The notes beneath the pieces were generated by a model. It had not been told where the DNA came from. It was given only the letters and a program-made list of their open reading frames with translations, and ran no database searches. A stretch of DNA of 64,000 nucleotides from Phoronis australis (taxonomy: Eukaryota > Animalia > Phoronida). Of this stretch, positions 49,487 through 62,754 are shown one piece after another. The position numbers and the translations under genes are program-made. How positions within the stretch are numbered: the first letter of the stretch is position 1; every line of letters begins with the position of its first letter. The stretch is from contig NMRA01000215.1 in assembly GCA_002633005.1 (NCBI GenBank), positions 72,690-136,689 on the forward strand, in the 5' to 3' direction.

Positions 49487-49611
49487 GGGACATCAGAAAC
49501 GATATTTATATAACTCTGCAGCAGGGAGAGTTCAGCATCCGTAGTAAAACGTCTGCCCCCAACGTCGAGGTCACTATGTGCGTCTGCAATGGGAAAGGTC
49601 AGGTCATTGAG
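49487..49611 (+). CDS. DOCK1: DOCK exon 13 (start of DHR-1/C2)
   Basis: tacag|..|gtgagt, 125 nt; DIRNDIYITLQQGEFSIRSKTSAPNVEVTMCVCNGKGQVIE. Confidence 0.97.
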
Positions 49612-50693
49612 GTGAGTTGGATGTTTCTGTAATGTCAACACATTATTACCAAATACTTGGTTTAGCTTATATGATTGGTTTAGGTTATGTGACTACATAC
49701 AATTTTTGTTGAATTTGAATGTAAATTTATTGGTATTTCGGTTCAATATTCATGCATAGATTGATACTGAAATAAATTTTTCTAATCATCTTTCACTTTA
49801 TTTTGTGTCTGTCATATTCATTTATGTGCACTAACTTTCATTTTTTATTGACTGTTCTCTATTATTTTACACGCTGTTAGCAACTTGACCCCTAACCCTT
49901 CTTGTAACCCCTGATGATCTAGTTAGTCTTTCTAGCGGAGGCTGGAGGTCAAAGTTCATTACCAATAACATCAGTCTGTTTTATCCAGCCTAACAACTCT
50001 TACAAATTGCTTGATATTCGAAACTATGGTAACAGGATGCTTTTGAAACTACTATTTCCAGTTTTAATTTTTTATTAATTGTTTAAATTGATATATGAAT
50101 ACTAAATAAAATATTTCACAATTAGGTTTATATTTTTAATCCATTGGTCAGTGTTTTCGCTAATCAGGAAATTTTTTTCAGTCTCTTTACTATTGTTTAT
50201 ATGTTTGTCAAAGCCATTAGACCCATAGCTACCTAAGGGATGATTTATGAAACTTAATTTTCTTTTCTTCTGTAATACTCCTTTTCCATGTTTCATGTCA
50301 ACATGTTATCTCTGAAGACTTTTAGTTTGGAGATATTACTTTCTTGATTTTATATCAAAGGTTTGGCAATTGTTTTCTTTCCTGGCTTTTTGAGTTCCAC
50401 GTTCCAGTGCAATATGACTCTGAAGTTTGATTTGTGGCATGGTTGTTAAGAAGTCTTTGTCCCCGTGGCTACAATGTTGCTATGAAACCTGACAACCTGC
50501 ATGTATGAAAAATACATCACAACCATGCTTTTGTTTTGTTTATACATGCATCATAACTATATATCTCATGTTCCGTTGATAAATGCCTGAAAATGTTTGC
50601 TTCATCCCTCCGCATGGTTATTTTTTGTTTTGGAAAATGACGTTCATTTTACAGTCATTAAAAGTGAACAATTTGTATCTACATGTTGATAAA

Positions 50694-51024
50694 TTAAAGG
50701 TGCCCCAAACTGCCATCCTCTGTCAAAAACCAGCTTTTGATTTAGGCCACTCAAGGTTGTAAAATTGTTATCCTGTTGTTCTTTACACAGATTAGAAGTG
50801 ATATCTCGTCTTGAAGAGAACTGTCATATGGAAATAGCCTCAGACGAGTCTCAATATGGTGCCTGTCATGTTGGGTTAGTTTAGCCAAAGCAGTGCGGCT
50901 GCCAGCAAAATTTCTGACGTTTTATTGCAACTTATTTCAATTCAAGCAAAAGACTTTGCTTCGCTAGAGCAAATATGCCAGAAAGTTGTTTTTGACAGCA
51001 GACCATGGTTTATAGTGCCTTTAA
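50694..51024. mobile_element. TTAA-flanked MITE family E copy (both ends)
   Basis: ttaaaggtgcc..ctgtcaaaaac / gtttttgacag..gtgcctttaa. Confidence 0.75.
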
Positions 51025-54000
51025 TGTAAAAGTAATGAAATCTAGTTAATGAGAAGGGGGTGATTCCAAGGTACATATCCCTTTAAGTACAAGTTAGGTA
51101 CAGCAAGGCACCATAGTTGACACTGTACTGTAACCATATAACCCTGCAATGAGCACATGTGCCTAGCTGTGGAGCTGCGCCTTTGTGCAGAACATTTGAG
51201 TAAGAACCAAGTCTTATTTTTATCAACAGTCGAGACTTAGGGATTTCTTAAGAATATAGCTATAAGTTTTAAAACTGTATATTTTGAGTACTTGACCACT
51301 ACTCTAACCTTTTTCACCCAGGTGTCATTTATGCAACATGATGCGTGAAATAATGTGGTTTGGTAGTGTATTTTCAAAAAGTTAAGTTGTACTTATTATC
51401 AGAGTATCGTATTTGACTAGATGCATGTGCCTATATGCGGGACATTTGAGTGGAAAAAATCTCATGGAAAAACTGCATAATAGGCACATGGGCTTATTTG
51501 CATGGTTATACAGTAGGGAGATTTTGAAGGTATTGTGTGCTTCAAAGAAGGGACAAAATATCTTGGAAACAACCTAATGACAGATGCCATGGAATCATCC
51601 AAAATGAAATTTCTGACTTAACAACCGTTCTTTGTAGACTGTTATCACTGGTGGGCAGATGGTAAGAATTCTATCAGACCCTCGTACTTTTGTTTTTTCT
51701 GCTGTTGTTGCTGGATTATTTTTGAAAATATTTGTTTTGTTTGAAATACTAAAAGCAAGCTGTTTATCATAATAAAAATGGGATTTCAACGTGAGATGAG
51801 ATTATTGGGAGTTAAGCATGCTTGCCGAGTTAATTACATCATTATTTGTGTACCATGACTAAATAATGTGTAATGTTTCCACAAAAGAATTATAGCCAGT
51901 TTCGGATTTTTCGGCAAATCTGCATCCTGCTCGGGCTAAGTCCACCGTGTTTGATTATTTCCACAATGTACTGTCTGTCTGCACTTTCAGTAGTAGTCAG
52001 TCAGTTGTCTTAACAGTGGTGCCTGTGTCTGAATATTTTGCGCGTACATTTCTCAATAACATGGCAGGAATGCTCGTGATCTGAGAGACAGCGAAGGTCT
52101 CCTAAAGCACAGCAGAGAACCTTACCGCACAAAGTTCATCACTTTTTTCTATTTTTTGTTTTATTATTCACATGGGTTGACACAATGCATGATGAATGCT
52201 ATGAAATTTATATTAGTGTGTTTGAAGCGCGTTGGGATTTCTAAGAAACATCTCAATCATGTGGGAGCCTTAGAAGCTTCTTGTTCTGCCCCCTGGTGGT
52301 ACTGGGAGGTAGTACTCCTTCGCAGTGGACAACAATTATTTTTGACATTGTGAATATTTTTTGGGTGAATGTGGACAAACACGAGATTAAGAAAGTTTGC
52401 TCTTGTCCCACTGAACAGTGGTCACTGAAAGTGTGTCCAGAGTGGTTGTCCCAGTGCGAATTGCCGAGGAACAAGTGACTGTCTGAACAAAAATGGAACC
52501 AAGTTAGCACTAATGTCACAATTTACCCCGAACAATTTGCCGCGGGATTTTTGCCCATTTGGATTGAAGCAGTGTCTGGGTCGAAGTACTTATCCACTTG
52601 CGGAACATTTTCCATTTTTTTCCAATTTCCCAAAGCACGTCTCTTTTTGTCACTTGACACCGGTGACAGGTTTGTCGTGCAGACGTTCAGCTGTTTGTGA
52701 ACGAGTTGCTTCTGGGGTAACTGGCTGTCTGGACAAAATGTCAGAGGCCTATGGTAACTCATGAACGTGTAGTTTCTTAGAAATTTAATCTTTTTGTTGT
52801 TGTGCATTGTGTTCTGTTGATCATTTTTGCCTTGGTTTTGATGAGTAAACGCGTTGTTTAAATACTGCTACTAACATCAAGGAGATATCCATTTTTTATT
52901 TTTAATAGAACTAATGTTTGATCTTATACTCCTACCTCACAGTTGTTGGAAAAGATTTAGTCATGAGCACATCACAGTTTAGACAAAATTTACAAAAAAA
53001 TATCTATCTAGCAATCATTATTCTCAGAGTTTGCACTTTTGCTCATGTGAGATTATTTTTCAGAAATAGTTGTGTGGAGCGCAAGACCAAATTTGCGACT
53101 TAAGTCATATGCCACTTTTCTTTAAATAGACCCTTGGACTTTGTTTCTGTCTTAAATTTTTCTATGGTGGTTTTCCAGGGCTCGAATTAAAAAATTTAAG
53201 CGGCTTCCAACTCTTGGCTTAAAATTAAAAATATCATTCCAACTCCCCTTGTTTTTGTGTAGATTTTCCAAACTTATTGAAAAAGTGTTTTGTGATTTTA
53301 GTATGCAGTTAACCTATGAACTGTAGTCTCCTTTGTTGCCATACACTATCCAATCAAATCTTTGTTTGTGCTCAGTGTGTTGGCAATATATTGAGATGCG
53401 TTTGACCTGAATTACATCATATGAATGTAACTGGTCAATTTCTCATGTTCTTAACTAAACCCCACTTTGCCTGCAAGTGTTTCTCCCCAAATCGCATGCT
53501 CTGGGCACATGCATTAAATTTAAGTTTCCTAGATAGTCTTAATAATTTATTCCTTCTTTTGATGCATATGTTCACTAGATAGGAGCCTGTCGTTTGGTAA
53601 CTTACTTGAAATATGCTTCATATCGCAAATCTAAATGCTGTCTTCTATGAAGGGGTTCAAGCAGTTGAATGCCTGGGAAAATATTACGACTCAGTGTGGG
53701 GCTCCAGGTTGAAGTTTTTATAATGCTCTCACAAATTTGACAATATCCACTCGGTGTAGAAGTTGTTTGGGTTCACAATGTTGCCAATATTTGAAGTTAG
53801 TTACCGAACAGAATGTTATTCCATCCTCTTAACCAACATGCATTACAAATGGCTGCTAACAGCACAAATAGAGCTTTGCATGTAGAAACATTCCTCGTGC
53901 ATGACTCGCGCTGGTATGATATCAGTATTTTCATCTTGGTATCTGTGAAACCAAAGTGCACAAGTTATGCTTTATATGGAGAAACCCCTCAACACGATAA

Positions 54001-54288
54001 AATTGGGGGAACTCCAGGTACCTTCATAAACATAACAATGTATTGTTAATCATTAACTTCCGCATACAAATAGTTGATATTACCTTCCCTCGAAATAACA
54101 CTTACTGAGAATATTATGTAGTCTTGAAACCAATCTTCGATTTTCCTTAATTAACACCCGGACAGGGGCAAAACGTTTAGTAGAATTTTTGTCAGTTATT
54201 CAGCTTTTCCATCTAGGTCGTAGCTGTAACTAAACGCACTCTGCTGTATTTCTAAAAATCTTCTTATTGTGCTTGCTTGTTTCTACAG

Positions 54289-54460
54289 AATGTGATCACC
54301 CAGGGCTCCGGGGCAGATATGTACAGTCAGTACAAATCGGTCGTCTACTATCATGAGGATAAACCTAAGTGGTTCGAGACGGTGAAGGTGGCGGTGCCTA
54401 TTGAGGCGTTTTATGACTGCCATCTCAAGTTCACGTTTAAACATCGGTGCACCACAGAGG
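54289..54460 (+). CDS. DOCK1: DOCK exon 14 (DHR-1)
   Basis: tacag|..|gtaatg, 172 nt; NVITQGSG..YKSVVYYHEDKPKWFETVKVAVPIE...HLKFTFKHRCTTE. Confidence 0.97.
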
Positions 54461-54556
54461 GTAATGTTGTGGCAACAGAACTGAGGGTTACGTGCTCTAG
54501 GTTTAGACATGGAGTGCCACAGAAAATCAGACAATTGTGTCTCGTTACATTAAAAC

Positions 54557-54943
54557 CAGGGCCTGAGGTCTAATCTTTGGAATCAAAATCAAACTCAAAA
54601 TTATTTTTGACATTTTCTGTTGTGCTTTTGTGCGAACTCATGATATGTTTTTGAGTTCATATGGTTCACATTGGGTGATTGTTGAATCCTGGTTTGCTCG
54701 TAATGACCTGAGCATTTAAGCTATAATTTCGACTCTGAACTCGAAATTTATAGTTTTTACTTCACTTTATACCTCCAATCTAGGGATTGTCATGTTCAAA
54801 CTTGGATTAGGCACTCGTCTGTGTGTACTGTAGTTTATTCTAGTTCGGAATAATTGACACTTACCTTGAACTTGTACAAGAATAGAATGAAAATACCAAA
54901 AATGATTTTGATTTGAAGTTCAGAAATTAGACTCCGGGCCCAG
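54557..54943. mobile_element. MITE family A copy
   Basis: cagggcctgaggtctaat ... attagactccgggcccag. Confidence 0.75.
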
Positions 54944-55277
54944 GGATCGAAAGGTATTTGGCTTGTGGTTTGTACATATTCTTGTTTGGATCTGTGGAAC
55001 TATTTGAGATACTGTGCTCTTCCTGTAAACTCTGTTATCAGGAGATGACACAGACTTGTATGCTGTTTTTTTTTAAACTTAGATGTATTTACAAGAAAGT
55101 ATCATGTTCTGCTCTTGAGTTATATTACACAAATTTTGGAGCTTACAAAAAAGGGTATAACATGGTTTCACCTCTGCTTTGTCCCAACTACTTTTCTAAT
55201 TAAGATTTCAATTTGAAGCTAAGTCATTGTAAAATAATGGCATTGCTAGACTTCATTTATTCATGGTTTAACTCCAG

Positions 55278-55381
55278 GTAAAGACAAGTATGAACGTCCA
55301 TTCGCCATGGCGTATGTGAATCTGATGTGTGACAATGGAACAACTCTCTTAGACAAAGTACATGATATGCTTGTGTATAAG
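55278..55381 (+). CDS. DOCK1: DOCK exon 15 (DHR-1)
   Basis: ccag|..|gtaaga, 104 nt; KDKYERPFAMAYVNLMCDNGTTLLDKVHDMLVYK. Confidence 0.96.
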
Positions 55382-58300
55382 GTAAGAGACACCATTCCAT
55401 GTTCGTAGCAGTCCTTTAAAGTGGGCTATGACCCAGCTGTAGAGTTTGCTTGCCACAAGGTGGCGCTGCTTGACCCCAAGTTAAACATGTTGTTCATTCT
55501 TAGCTCTGTTTTATGTATGCTTATGTGACAGTATTCATTTGTTCAATTATTGTCGTTAGTTAATAAAATTAAATTAAGACATTCATAATTGGGTCATTCT
55601 TTGAGACATGAACATTAAAAATTAGTGTAAATATTTCATTATTATTAATCTTTTTTTAATGTGGAAATGAATGTTACACAAGGAAGTGAATATGGGAGGC
55701 CTAAATGACAAGTAGTTTTGGGTGTAGCCAAATGCATTTCTAAACTCCATAAACAGACCATGCACGTTGGAATGTACTGTCTTGTAGTTACAGCTGAATG
55801 TCTGCTTTCGTGGTACCTTGTGCTAAATGGGGGTGTTTAGTGTTGACACTATGTTAAGAGTACAAACACAACGAATTGATTCATTCATAGCTTTGTGTAA
55901 TTTGGTCTGTTTTCATAGACTAAATAAAAACAATGGTGCTCGATTTGTTGTTGACATTTTAGATGAAGCAAACAAATGTTATAAAAAAGATTATTTCGTC
56001 GCTAAATTCTTCGTACTTTTCAGACATAACCATCTTTGTTGTTGGCATAGCACAAAATATGTCAAGAACAAATGGTCACTTTAAACTCATTGATGTTATT
56101 TGCATTGACCAGAGCAATAAGGCAGCAAAATCCGTTTTATTGATGTTAGAGCTGTTGTCTGTCAGACATTCGCCGCAATCAAGTCTGATATTTCTTAAAA
56201 TATTTCGCTCTTTAAGGCGTGGATATGGTTGAGCGACAGAGCCGTCGGTTGCTTTTGCGGAACTGCTAATATCTGTAACTTTTCTTGCCGATAATGACCC
56301 TTTAACATGTCTTTCCGACACGTTCATCTGTTAAGATTATTCAACTTTTTTGATAAAAAATGCATGGTTCTGAGTTGAAGAAGCCTGTAACTTTGAATTG
56401 TGTGTTCTCAACAGACAAAGGATGCTACAAATGCTACAACCTTCTCCTCTTATGTCACTAACAAATTTGGCAAGGTAATTATCTCCCCTGCTTGCTTGCC
56501 GCAGACGCCATGTTCATTTGCAGAAAGGTAGTCTCGTGTTGATTTATGTGACACATATGGAGCTCGCTGGCCAGGTTTGGTGGATTGCTCTCCCTCCGAG
56601 GCTCTTGGAAACTGTTCCCTGTTTCATTCATCTGTGCCAAGTAAAAATCTAAGCAGTATAATTTTTTGTTCATATCTTGCGGGTTTCACAAACGCATTTA
56701 CTGGTTCATTCCTGCATGTTGAAGCACTGACTATACCATTTTTTTTCTAAGTAGGCAAATTGATTACTTTTATCATGTTGCAAAAAGATTCATTGATTCA
56801 TTTGTGATAGCTGTATCGAGGCTCATGACCACTTATTGTACTCAAGACTAGATTTAAGTGTTGACCTCTTGTGCGTCACTTGTCAACTGAAGTTTAACCT
56901 TATTTGACGTTATGTGATTGATCGATTTTTCAAGTAACATCTCAATTAAAGTTGGTTATCTTGGGCCCTGATGATGTCATAGGATTGCCTGGCAACCATG
57001 TTCAGTTGGTGAAAAGAAAATGCTGAACCTTTTTATTTGTAATTTGAAGTTAGTTGATAAAAAAACAATAAACCATCTGCTTCTTTCACTCCATCAGTTG
57101 ATGATTTCGGTCATTCTACAAATTATTGCTCAAAGTGTTGTTACATCTGCTCATGGGCCCCTGAGGAGGCATTATTTTACATCACTAGGGAGCACAATCG
57201 TGCTAACCTGGGTCACATTTTGCAAAAAAACTTGGTTTTAATTTGGCAAGTAACTCCACTTCAGGGCACAATTTTTTGAAAAAACATTTAGGAGACCGTT
57301 CAAGTTCTTAATCTGTGCGCAATATGGGGTATCGTATTTTATTGGTGAAAAACCAATCTCCGTGGGTGCACCTCCCCTGGTTTAGCTATTTGTATGCAAC
57401 ATTCAACACCTACATGATTACAGGGCTATGTTCGGTAGATGTAAGAATTCCACGATTAAAACTAATGAGATCTCTTGCTTTGCTTATAATGCGTGGTAAT
57501 ATCTCGTCAAGGCTTGCGTTATCCTTTGTTTTCGCAAGGTCTTTGAATCTATAGAATGCAGGCCTGGTGTCCAGCAAATAATCACCTTCGGTGTACGAAG
57601 TAGAGAGTTTTTAACAGGCGTGGATAACTATTTTTGCCAGGTTGATGTAGTAGTGTAGTGATATGGAACTTTGTCTCTTTGTTTAACTTTGATCACAATT
57701 AAGGGTTATTACACCTAGTTGCTAATTCTTTTTGTCAGAGTGGAGAAATAAGCTAGTACTCTGGGAAAAAGCCAGTCGCAAACGAGCCAGGACTAATTCA
57801 AACTTTGTCTTGTCATAACAAGATAGATATATTGCCACATTGTCGCATGCCATAACTTTCTCAAAGTTCGACATAGTGTACAGCAACTACTATAAGCCTA
57901 CATTTGCCATACTGTGGTGTCTTGGATTTAACACCTGTTGTGGTCAAGTTATTTCACCAATTGGTGACACAATATAGTGCACAAGTGATATTTTATTTGC
58001 TGATGTTTTAACAAAAGTTGCATAGCGTCAAATTAGTACTTACTTTATTCAAGTTCTGTTACCATAGCTGCCATCAAAAAATATTTTTAAAAATTTAAAC
58101 TTTTCTTCTAAGGTTACATAGGACCCTAGGAAAATGTTCACATTTGGCTAACTTTAGAACGTCATATCTCGGAAATAACTGATCCAACTTTGCAAATGAA
58201 CTATATTGTGATTTTTATTAAAAATCTGAAGTTGCGTAAAACAAAAATGAAATGACTAACATTTTTTGAGATTTCACCTTGAATGTTTATGTCAAATTAG

Positions 58301-58747
58301 AGTTGATCACGTCATTGATTTTTGGTTTGCTATGAAGGAACCTTTAACTTTAATGCTAAATGTTACTAATGAAAAGACATAGTCACGTGACCCAGTCAAT
58401 GGCAAATTTTTATAAAGCCAAAACTCAAATTCAGTAGGTTTTTTTACTTTAAAAAAATGTATACTTTTACTTACTATTTGGATGACTGCACAGATTTGCC
58501 TTAAGTTTATTTATTAATTGTTTTGACTTAATTTGCAGTTTGTTGACAGGTTGTGAGAGTAGCCAACAAAACTATTTTTCCAGAAGTAGCTAAAATGGTG
58601 AACCTTTGGATAAATAAATTGTGTTACCTTCATCTGTTCCGTTTGTGCATTTGTTTAATTGTGGAGTTTTTCACTTGATTCATGTTTTATTCTTTTTGTT
58701 GCATGCATGTTTGTTTTGTTCACACATTTCTGCCTAATTCACATGTC

Positions 58748-59288
58748 TTTTTGTGCACCCACATGTGCATATGTGGGTGCATATTGCTGTCACCTCTGTC
58801 CGACGTTTGCGTAGAATCGTCATGAAAGTTGCCATATTGGTTCCTACCAAACCACTCAAAGGATCATTTTGAAAATTGGCAGATGTGTTTTTGCTGAGAA
58901 AACCACAGATGATGCTGATATTTGAATGGTTCTGAGTAGTGTCCACGGCTGTACCTCCTAAACCTTTGCAAGATCTTTGTGAAATTTGGCAAGAGTATTC
59001 CAGACCTATGAACTTGACAACAGGTGACAATTTCTTTTGGGTCAATCCAACTACCGCTGTGCCTCCTAGCAGCATTTTTTTGATTGCCTCTGTATCCCCA
59101 TAGCTCCTTGACAGATTTTCAGGAAATGTGTCAAATAGGTTGCTAATTGGGAGGCAGTGGTACCTTTTGTTTTTGGACGGGTTCAACCTAATCTGTGCCA
59201 TCTAGCAGTAGTTTTATGACACAAATAAATACCCCTAGGAACATACTGTTTTCGGTGGAGGCATTTCAACACTTTGCGCTGCCCTTGT
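58748..59288 (+). mobile_element. Older Helentron/DINE-1-like copy
   Basis: tttttgtgcacccacatgtgcatatgtgggtgcat start and gtggaggcatttcaacactttgcgctgcccttgt end, homologous to 46353-47436. Confidence 0.65.
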
Positions 59289-60146
59289 CTTTCTCACGTA
59301 TTTATTTTGAAAAGTGCACTTTGTCTCTTCTCTGGAGTAGAGTTTCTTAGAAGCAACCCTTCCTGATAAAAATTGGTTCTCATCTTAACAGGCTCTAAAT
59401 AGTCTTCCTACTCAGTTTACAGATAGAGGCCTTCAACACCAGACTCCACACCTAGTCCCATATACATAACAGCATTTTAAGCAATAACCCACGCATTTCT
59501 GTCTTGTTCACAGCACCCTTACTGTTACTTACTAACAGACAACTCAAACTTTGAGGTTATGGTTGATTTGGAAGAAGGAAATATCATATCATGAAAATCG
59601 TTATCATTTGCGTCGTTAGTCTCCTATTATGCCTCTGGCCAAAAATTAATGTCACATATCATTAACTTGTTCCTATACTTGATTTTTGACCTTAACCCTC
59701 GCATGAAAAACTGGTAAAACTCCAGGCAGTGTTTTCTGTTTTCTAGTTTGATTTAGACTCACTCAAATTCATCTCGCGTGAATAAGAGTTTCTTACTACA
59801 GTTACACCGAAAGCGGGCGACTTGCTTTAAACCTGTACACCTTAAAGATGCAAAACTCCCAAACCTTCTGTCAAACAAACAACTTTTGATTTCAAGCCAT
59901 TTACCGTTATAAAATTGTTTGTTCTTCCTTACTCCGGGTAAAAATGCTTTGAGATTTAAGAATGATCAGTATATTTCTTCTTCAGACCTTGTTCATTACT
60001 GTTGTTTGTCCTGGCTTGTTAGATAACATCTTCAGTGACCCAATTTGCTTTCTTATGCTGATTTTTTCATGATTCAACAATTTGTGACTTCTCAATGTTT
60101 TCACATTTCAACACTATGCTAAATAAGCCCCTCCCATCCATTTCAG

Positions 60147-60333
60147 ATTGACAGTAAGAAGCAGGAAGATGCTAGCATATACCTGAAGCTGCCATCGACT
60201 CGCAGTGACCTTGACCCCTCCGTACCGTTCCATAAGCAGTCCATCACATCGAGCCCACCTGTTCTGACACTTAGCACTAAGGACTTCTTCTCCATCTCTA
60301 CCCTTGTGTGCTCAACCAAGTTAACACATAATG
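60147..60333 (+). CDS. DOCK1: DOCK exon 16 (end of DHR-1)
   Basis: ttcag|..|gtaaga, 187 nt; IDSKKQEDASIYLKLPS...KDFFSISTLVCSTKLTHN. Confidence 0.96.
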
Positions 60334-60525
60334 GTAAGATGTTTAAATTTACAGTGGTTTGTTTACCAAGAAAATGAATAGTCTATGGTAATTCCTCCCT
60401 TATTTATGTTTTTGTTCTTGTCTGCTTCGCCCTTCATGTCTGCTAAAATTTGAGAACCGATCGAGTGAATGTCACTTTTTGCCGTCACTGCACTATGTCA
60501 CGTGTTTGCTATTTTATTTGTATAG

Positions 60526-60623
60526 TTGACTTGTTGGGCCTTTTGAAGTGGCGAGACAATCCATCGGGTTTGAAGCAGAACCTGATTGCCCTGATGAAGG
60601 TTGATGGAGAGGAGGTTGTCAAG
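60526..60623 (+). CDS. DOCK1: DOCK exon 17
   Basis: tatag|..|gtaaga, 98 nt; DLLGLLKWR...LMKVDGEEVVK. Confidence 0.97.
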
Positions 60624-61323
60624 GTAAGAAAAAGATTTATGATCACTGTTGCAATTGACCTATCACAAGCTCCGCCCCTATGCGAAAAGTCACGTGATAC
60701 CCGACATTCGAACGAGATATCAGAGGCAAATGCACTGTCGCTAAACGACGTTCCTGGTGGAATCAATGAGTGTTTTTGCACTATTTGAAAACGCTTCGAC
60801 AGATACAAGAGGCGATGCTTTTCAACAGAGAATCGTACGTTCACGATATGGGAATTTGTAAAGGTGACGATGAAAAAATGGCTCGAGGAGCCAGCGAAAA
60901 TCCGAAGAACCCCTCTGCCTCGGGGCCACCTTCACCTGACAAATGACAAGGCCACTGATACGATATGTTCATGTAAAGCTGGGTATGTACCTTAAAGTCG
61001 AATTATCTGTACGATTCCATAGATTTCATGATCTTTCTAATAAAATCAGTGAAGATTCTCCGATATTTTTATTCTGTCGTCTGCTAAATTTCGCCAAATA
61101 AAAAGTAGGTCGACTGGTGGGACTCTTGGAGTAAAGTAGGTCATAGATTACAGACAGAACATGCGCTATAGTCTGACTAGGTCGATTCGATAGCACTGTT
61201 TACGCTTTTCTAATCTTGTAACAAAATATTTTGATAAAAAAATTCAGGTTCATAGCTCATGTACACATTCATCTCGTCCTAGGCAAACACTTAGCTCTGG
61301 TAGGTCTAGGGCTGTGTCTAAGT

Positions 61324-61478
61324 CAGTGGCGGATCTAGGATACCACAAGGGGGGGTCCAACATGTTGCCTCGTGGAATTGGGCAAAGTGCAATTGTATGT
61401 GCACAGGCGGCCCGAAAGTTGCCGGGGCCGGGGATGCAGACCTTTGGACCTTCTTTTCAGAAAATCTATCGGTGGACT
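61324..61478. mobile_element. Start of a CAGTGGCGGATC-type non-autonomous DNA element, cut by gap
   Basis: cagtggcggatctagga..gggggggtcc terminus; Ns 61479-61582. Confidence 0.5.
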
Positions 61479-62664
61479 NNNNNNNNNNNNNNNNNNNNNN
61501 NNNNNNNNNNNNNNNNNNNNNNNNNNNNNNNNNNNNNNNNNNNNNNNNNNNNNNNNNNNNNNNNNNNNNNNNNNNNNNNNNNCCTCTAAAGACATAGTGT
61601 ATACTAGAGGTACACGTCAAAAAGTAATTCAACAGTTTATTTTTAGTGACAACAGCTCGACCAAGTGCCCCTCTCTGTGCCGATCGAATCTCTGAATTTT
61701 GACCGGGACAGAAGTTCAGTTGAACGCCAGCCTACGGGTTTATGAATAACAAAAATGTACCTCTGTTAGAGTGAAATAAATAAAAAAAAACATAAAATAA
61801 AAATGTCCTTGAAAACAACAATTTCCGGGGACTATGCCGCTAGAGTGCTGAGATCCAGCAGGTGTCGAGACGTAGGAAACTCGGGAGTCACAATCTGAGA
61901 TAGCTCTGCACCATTGCCACCAAGCTGAAAAGTGCGTATCTTGGAACTAATATATTTGTGTTTATTATAGCCTTCGAGTTATAAAGCAACATCGCTAAGT
62001 TCAGCTGCTCGTGTGGCCGTACAGTTTGGTCCATAGTTTACGCTTTTCAACATCATTTTTCGGCTTAGGACATGCCAAAAAATGACGGGATATTATTCTG
62101 GAGCAGCATAACGGCTGTCGGTGCTACACACGCCATATCAACACCGTTTCCCCATTCTTAGCGGACAATTTCTTTAACTATAGACTAAAGTAAGTTTTAC
62201 TCGACTACGTGTGGTTTGTCAGGTAAAATGGCGGCTTGAAAACGCAGACGAAGGTGTGCCAAGAATGCTTTGTTCTGACTGGTCAATTAAGCCGTCCGTC
62301 ATAATCCTGGCGATAGGTCAATTGGCACAGATCTTGTAAGAAGTCTTGTTATTGCCTAGTTTCATTTTGCAAAATAAGTGTTGAGTGATATTTTGACGTT
62401 TTTTTGAGTTTATCAAATCTTTTGTCAGTTCTGTTACCTAACAGGACACCAGTGTATTGCAGTGATTTTTGAAGTTAACGTGTTATTTTAGTTGCAGTGG
62501 AGTCTCAGATGTATAAACATCCGCATTGTAGAAGTTCTTGACATTATCTCTGACCTATGACCTTTGTTTCAATGGTTATGACTGAAAGTTGGTACCTTTT
62601 CCAACTTCTCAATATCCTTTTTTATTTTTTTCATGTGACTGAATTCTAATTTCACCATTTCCAG

Positions 62665-62754
62665 TTTTTGCAAGACACGCTGGATGCTCTCTTCCTCATC
62701 CTTGTGAGTCACCAAGACACAGACACGTATGATAACTTGGTCTTTGAAGCACTG
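62665..62754 (+). CDS. DOCK1: DOCK exon 18
   Basis: ccag|..|gtgagt, 90 nt; [30 protein letters not shown]. Confidence 0.97.

Noticed and set aside
58734-59201. 155-aa minus-strand ORF as a nested gene in DOCK
   Set aside because: Lies within a Helentron/DINE-like repeat; the repeated GGTAV comes from the element's internal repeats.
60660-60995. Promoter-like stretch (GC box, CACGTG) with a gtatgt donor as an alternative first DOCK exon
   Set aside because: None of the ATG frames reaches the donor in phase 0 for exon 18, and the donor overlaps a gtaccttaa end typical of the TTAA MITEs.
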